Shown here: piece after piece, positions 59,628-64,000 of the stretch | Layout of the letters: each line of letters begins with the position of its first letter | How positions within the stretch are numbered: position 1 is the stretch's first letter | Assembly: GCA_964019335.1 (NCBI GenBank) | Contig: OZ025656.1 | Location: 1 to 64,000 of the forward strand | Source of the DNA: Diplonema japonicum | Lineage: Eukaryota; Protista; Euglenozoa: Diplonemea | DNA length: 64,000 nt | Reading direction: 5' to 3' | Translations under genes and position numbers: made by a program | The notes under the pieces: model-generated | Seen by the model: the letters and a program-made list of their open reading frames with translations, nothing else | Databases searched by the model: none | What the model was told of the DNA's origin: nothing

Positions 59628-60118
59628 CTACGCAACCAGAGCCGAGGCGGTGGAAGAGTCGTACTTCCAGTTGGGGGGGAGCCTGTGGTGTGTTATCAAA
59701 ATAAAGGTGCATACATCCTCGTGCGGCGGTAGTAGCGGGCCAGCCTGTGGATACGGGATTCAATAAGGATAAGTCTGAACTTCTGATCCTTGTCCTTTCT
59801 GTTCTTCTCCATGTGCTTTCTCATCTGGACAGCCTTCTTGATCATGTGGTAGAGGTCCTCCGGTGTCTCGGGGGCAAGGCCAGCGTGCTTCAGGATACGG
59901 AGGATCTTTCGGCCTGTGATGTTCTTGACCTGTGCAATGCCAGCAGAGTCTCTGAGCTGGACACCAATCTGCGAAGGGGTCAGACCCTTCTTGGCGTACC
60001 TGGCGATCTGGTCAATCACCTCCTTCGAGGAGTGCTTCGCCGCCCATGCCGCGGGGCTCCTCTTGTAGGGCAGGCTGCTGTCAGCCATCCCCTTTCCGAA
60101 ACTGTGCATGCGACCCAT
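59628..60118 (-). CDS. RPS13: 40S ribosomal protein S13 (uS15), 2 exons
   Basis: MGRMHS.GKG...[19 protein letters not shown] 32-nt intron at 59683-59714 restores the canonical [17 protein letters not shown] end (151 aa). Confidence 0.97.
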
Positions 60119-61020
60119 TTTTTTATTAAAACTTGTTTAAAATATCACCTGTCAACGTGCAAGCCGCAAATAGTTGAACAAAATAAAACTTTCCATCTAA
60201 TGTGGCCTTGTAATCACAAGAATTTGGTTGTCTCCACCGTGCAGGGAGTCTAGGCACTCGCATGAAGGCGAAAAGTTTCTATCTCCTAAGTATGAAAGTG
60301 AAACAATGGGTTTTCAGCACCGCGGACGCGTCGCAGCCTGACAGGGGGATGGAACAGAACCATAACAAAAACAAAAAGAAAACAAAGTATAAAAATGTTT
60401 CATTAGAATGCAGTTCATAATAGTTAGCAGCAGCCTTCACGCAACGCATGAGGCATAGCTGACATGTGCATGGCAAGCAGCAGCTGCTCGCAGTGATAAG
60501 AATATAAACACGTTGGTTTTAAGCTCAGCACTGCAGCAAGCTGGGAATACCAGCACGGCGTGCAAATAATATTTCATTTCTCTCAAATTTAATGAGATTC
60601 GCTTCTTTCCTGTTCAAAAATAAGAGATCTCACGGAAGGTTCAAGACGGCTCAGCAAGCAACTTGCTACCGAATCAAGCTGCTGGGTTCGTTTACACAGT
60701 TTGGGGGAAACACCGAACGAGAATAAATCCACCTGTAAAGAGAGAAAATGTCACGAAAATACATGACTCGAGAGGGCGGGAGCTTGTTAGTGAATAATTT
60801 GAATAGGAATGCCTTGCTTTGTGTTTCTCTCTAAGTAGTAGAAGAAAAGATACTCCAACGAGTATCAAAGGTTGAGTGTGACGTTCGTATTTATTAAAAA
60901 AGTCGAGATCCAAACGCTGTGTTTCCACAAGCGCCATGCATGCAGTTCATGCATATGGTGATCCGTGTTGGGGATCGGTGATGGGGATCGGTGATGGGTT
61001 CGTGGGATGGTTGGGAGTGG

Positions 61021-61836
61021 TTACTGCGCAATTGAGTGGATGGCATCCCTACTCCTCCCGTAGACCGTTTCGGTCAAAGACTGTTGAGGAAGGAAGTCTT
61101 TGGGGATGAAGGAAGAGTAGTCCATGTTTGTGAATTGATGTTGCGGGTGGTGTCCGTCATAAAAACACTTTTGGCACAGATCATAATCCTCTGGCTCTTG
61201 ACACGCATTGCACCTGTACCAGCTCCCGGGGGTCACAACCGTCAAGCACGCCGCACAGTGGTGCGACCCTTTAGTCCTACCTACCGTGTAGATGTAGCCA
61301 GCATGGTTCTGCACCTTACGGTGCGAGGACACCACTACAGCCTCATCACCACACCACTCGCCGCTGCCATTGTTGTGGGTAAATGTTTTCCATGCCGTGA
61401 CGCTGTGTGGCATCTGCCCGCCGTGGGGGCCCCCACCGCTCATCAGGCAACCCAGGTTTTTATCTATTCCTTCACCCTTGACTACTTTCCACATATCACA
61501 CGAATCACTATACATAGTGTAATCCTCCTTTCTCCACATCGGCATCCCGAAGCTGCACTCCTTCACCAAAGTGTACTTTCCGTTTATGTCTTGGGTTGTT
61601 CCAGTTATCCACAGGTGAGGTGGGGCGTCTTTCTCGTCCGTGTCACGCCGTCTAACTGCACTTGCACTCATGCTAACATTTAGGCTCATGCTCGAAGCCC
61701 TCGCGTCAAATTTATCATCTTCGGTGGGTTCTATGAATGCAACTCTTGACCTTCTGGAATTGGAGCCCTCGCCCCTCACGAAGTGGAGTAGGAAGTCATC
61801 CGCAACACGGCTGGAACGCTTGTTCACAGTGACCAT
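61021..61836 (-). CDS. ZZ-type zinc finger protein
   Basis: CAAC..WYRCNACQ..DYDLCQKCF...HHPQHQF, preceded by a PPHLWI..GKY.LV..GMPMW module. Confidence 0.8.
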   Translation of the reverse strand: MVTVNKRSSRVADDFLLHFVRGEGSNSRRSRVAFIEPTEDDKFDARASSMSLNVSMSASAVRRRDTDEKDAPPHLWITGTTQDINGKYTLVKECSFGMPMWRKEDYTMYSDSCDMWKVVKGEGIDKNLGCLMSGGGPHGGQMPHSVTAWKTFTHNNGSGEWCGDEAVVVSSHRKVQNHAGYIYTVGRTKGSHHCAACLTVVTPGSWYRCNACQEPEDYDLCQKCFYDGHHPQHQFTNMDYSSFIPKDFLPQQSLTETVYGRSRDAIHSIAQ

Positions 61837-62803
61837 TTAACCTGTATGTTTGAAGTATAAAGAGGTGAACAGCAATAAGAAGAAAAACGATTTTGTGAGC
61901 AGCCTATCTAATCCCGTTTACCCCTAACTATCCAGCAGAAAAGAGAAAGTGTAAAATAAGAGGAGTACCATGAAAGAGACATTTAAGGGTACCTGCGGTA
62001 TGTGGCAGGACGCCGAAAAAAAAATTCAAATTAACATGCAAGATCCCTGAGACGAAAGCTGGATGCCCTAAAAAGGAGAAGGGGTATGGTCAGTACTAGG
62101 TATCTCAGTTTCGGATATCCATGCTACTAACTAATACTTAGTGAGCAGCAACCTTATTTATCGTCCTGGAAGAAAAAATGTAACCGTTGCAAGCCTTGTA
62201 GAAAAAGACCCTTCTTAAGGAAACGTAAGGAAAAGTTTCCGTTTCCGTTTCCTTTTTTTTTCAAAAAATGCATGGAAACACGTTTCCATACCAGCATAGC
62301 CTTAGGGAGGAAAGAAAGGAGGTACATATTATTTATTATTTCCCCCCTTTTCTATTGCATCCAAATACAACATTTGATGCGGAAAGCAGAAACAACAGCT
62401 TGGCTTAGGTGTGCGAAAAAATGTGAGAAGACAAGAAAAAAAGAAGGGGGGGAAAAAGGTAAACACATCATATATGTCAAAAAAAAATCAAGGTTTTTTT
62501 TTTTTTTCCTTTTTTTTCCCCCATTTTTTTTCCAAAATGAAAAAAAAAAAAAAAGTTGCAAAACTATCAAAAATAATGACAGTGTTGGGGAGAGTTCCGT
62601 GGAGTCCCGTGAGTCCCGTCCGGACCTGTATTCCGTTTTAGGGCACGGGACGGGACTGACCAACACTGCTTTTGAGGTGGTTTGGTGGCCAATTTTTGGG
62701 TGACCTGGGGTTGGCTACTCTGGCCCCCCTGGCCCCCCTGAGATTTTCAGGGGGGCTGTAACAACGCTGGTGGGGAGGAAAATATATGTGTGACAAACAG
62801 GCA

Positions 62804-63128
62804 CTGGGGTTGAGCTGAGCTGTACATCGCACACATTAAAGGCACGGTGCAAAAAGCAAGGAACCACATTAAGGACACGACGTGGAACACAGAAGAAGCT
62901 ACAGCTTGGCTGAGGCGCACCCCCTGTAATCAAGTGTTGTGGTGATATAGTCAACACTTTCGACCTTGATGATGCAAAGAGGAAAAAAATGTATGAGTTA
63001 AAGGAGGCCGGTGTTGGCGGCGCCCTGCACAAGAACTGTCTACTTGATTACAGGGGGCATGCCACGGCCGAGTTGTAGCTTCTTCTGCGTCGTGTCCTTA
63101 ATGTGTGCGGTGTACAGCTCAACCCCAG
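62804..63128. repeat. Imperfect inverted repeat (fold-back), possibly MITE-like
   Basis: 62804-62935 is the reverse complement of 63042-63128 apart from internal insertions (ctggggttgagctg..cacattaaggacacgacg..cagaagaagctaca..ccctgtaatcaagt). Confidence 0.75.
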
Positions 63129-63714
63129 CCGGTGCATCCTGGGTAACCAAGATTCTGCACTCATGCAGTTTGCTGCCTGTTCGTCACCCTGAGCATCTGC
63201 TTCTTCCACTCGGGTGCTACTGGTGATGACCGACGAGGAGGTCAACAGTGGATGTTTTTCTTATATTTTCATGTTATCCCCACCACCGAAAAAAAAAAAA
63301 ATGAAAAAATAGCTATTTACTGCCAACAAGTAATGACTTTACCATTACCTCGAGGTCGGTAAAGCATTACTTGGCGGTAGGTAAGTGGTTTTATTTCACG
63401 ACACTCAGAAATTACTTCACCACGAGGGGCACAACAGGGTGACAAGGGGTACAACAAGAGAGGGGTTACAAAGGTTACAATACAAGTTGTTTTCCCTCCT
63501 TTTGTTGACTAAGAGCTGCCGCTGTCGCTGGCATTGCCACTGTCACCATCTCTAATCAGGCCTTCCCATACCTGGCGCGGCCGCTGGCTCCTTTTTTTCT
63601 GCTGCTTCGGTATTTTGAAGTCATTTGGGGAGCTTGGGTAAGCTGACTAAGTTACCCTTACCCACAGAAGAGTTACCCCCAGAAACTGGGAACAAGGCCT
63701 AGCCAAAAGTGGGC

Positions 63715-63990
63715 AAATTGGGAGGAAAAAGTAGTCCAACTTGGAACTGAGCCGAGGCAAAAGTTGTCCAATTGAGCTGAACCTGGGGGGAAATAGCAAA
63801 CTGAGAGGAAAAAGTAGCCCCACTGGGAACTGAACCGAGGCAAAAATTGGCCTACCGAGGCATATTATTTAACGGGAACCCCCTATTACTTCACGGAAAA
63901 CAGGCCATTATTTCACCGTGAAGTAATGAGATTTAGTGTGAAGTAATGAGATTTAGCGTGAAGTAATGGGCCCCCCAGTGCATGAAGTAA
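63715..63990. repeat. Short tandem repeats: ~83-bp duplication and a 20-bp GTGAAGTAATGAGATTTAG(T/C) unit x ~2.5
   Basis: gaggaaaaagtag..ggaactga.ccgaggcaaaa occurs twice. The 20-nt period spans 63918-63968. Confidence 0.75.
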
Positions 63991-64000
63991 TTTCTGGAAA

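Noticed and set aside
63918-63968. CRISPR-like repeat
   Set aside because: Contiguous 20-bp units without spacers, in a eukaryotic context with no cas genes.

Overview
Eukaryotic DNA, most likely from a diplonemid (Euglenozoa). The assignment rests on a diplonemid-type 39-nt spliced-leader (SL) exon, every host gene lying on one strand, and a PWWP-TFIIS gene. Left ~11 kb: a (GGGTTTGC)n array is interrupted, in register, by a head-to-tail pair of minus-strand non-LTR retroelements. The first is a ~9.3 kb apparently intact CRE/SLACS-like element with one ~2800-aa ORF. Its order is AlkB-type 2OG-Fe(II) dioxygenase, basic and hydrophobic segments, zinc finger, OTU protease, zinc finger, RT, CCHC plus RLE endonuclease, and a ~690-aa tail with three diverged repeats. 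The second is a ~1.1 kb internally deleted non-autonomous partner. Both begin with a complete SL exon. This SL-headed, repeat-inserted AlkB/OTU retrotransposon pair is the main candidate novel system. A decayed A32-like viral packaging ATPase follows. From 13 to 62 kb there is a unidirectional gene cluster with tiny 31-41 nt GT-AG introns: cyclin, three HOOK-related genes, threonine synthase, a histidine phosphatase, a WWE protein, a ~8870-aa LamG/C-type lectin/EGF membrane protein, a cold-shock protein, PWWP-TFIIS, RPS13 and a ZZ-finger protein. All calls come from reading the sequence by eye; no searches were run.
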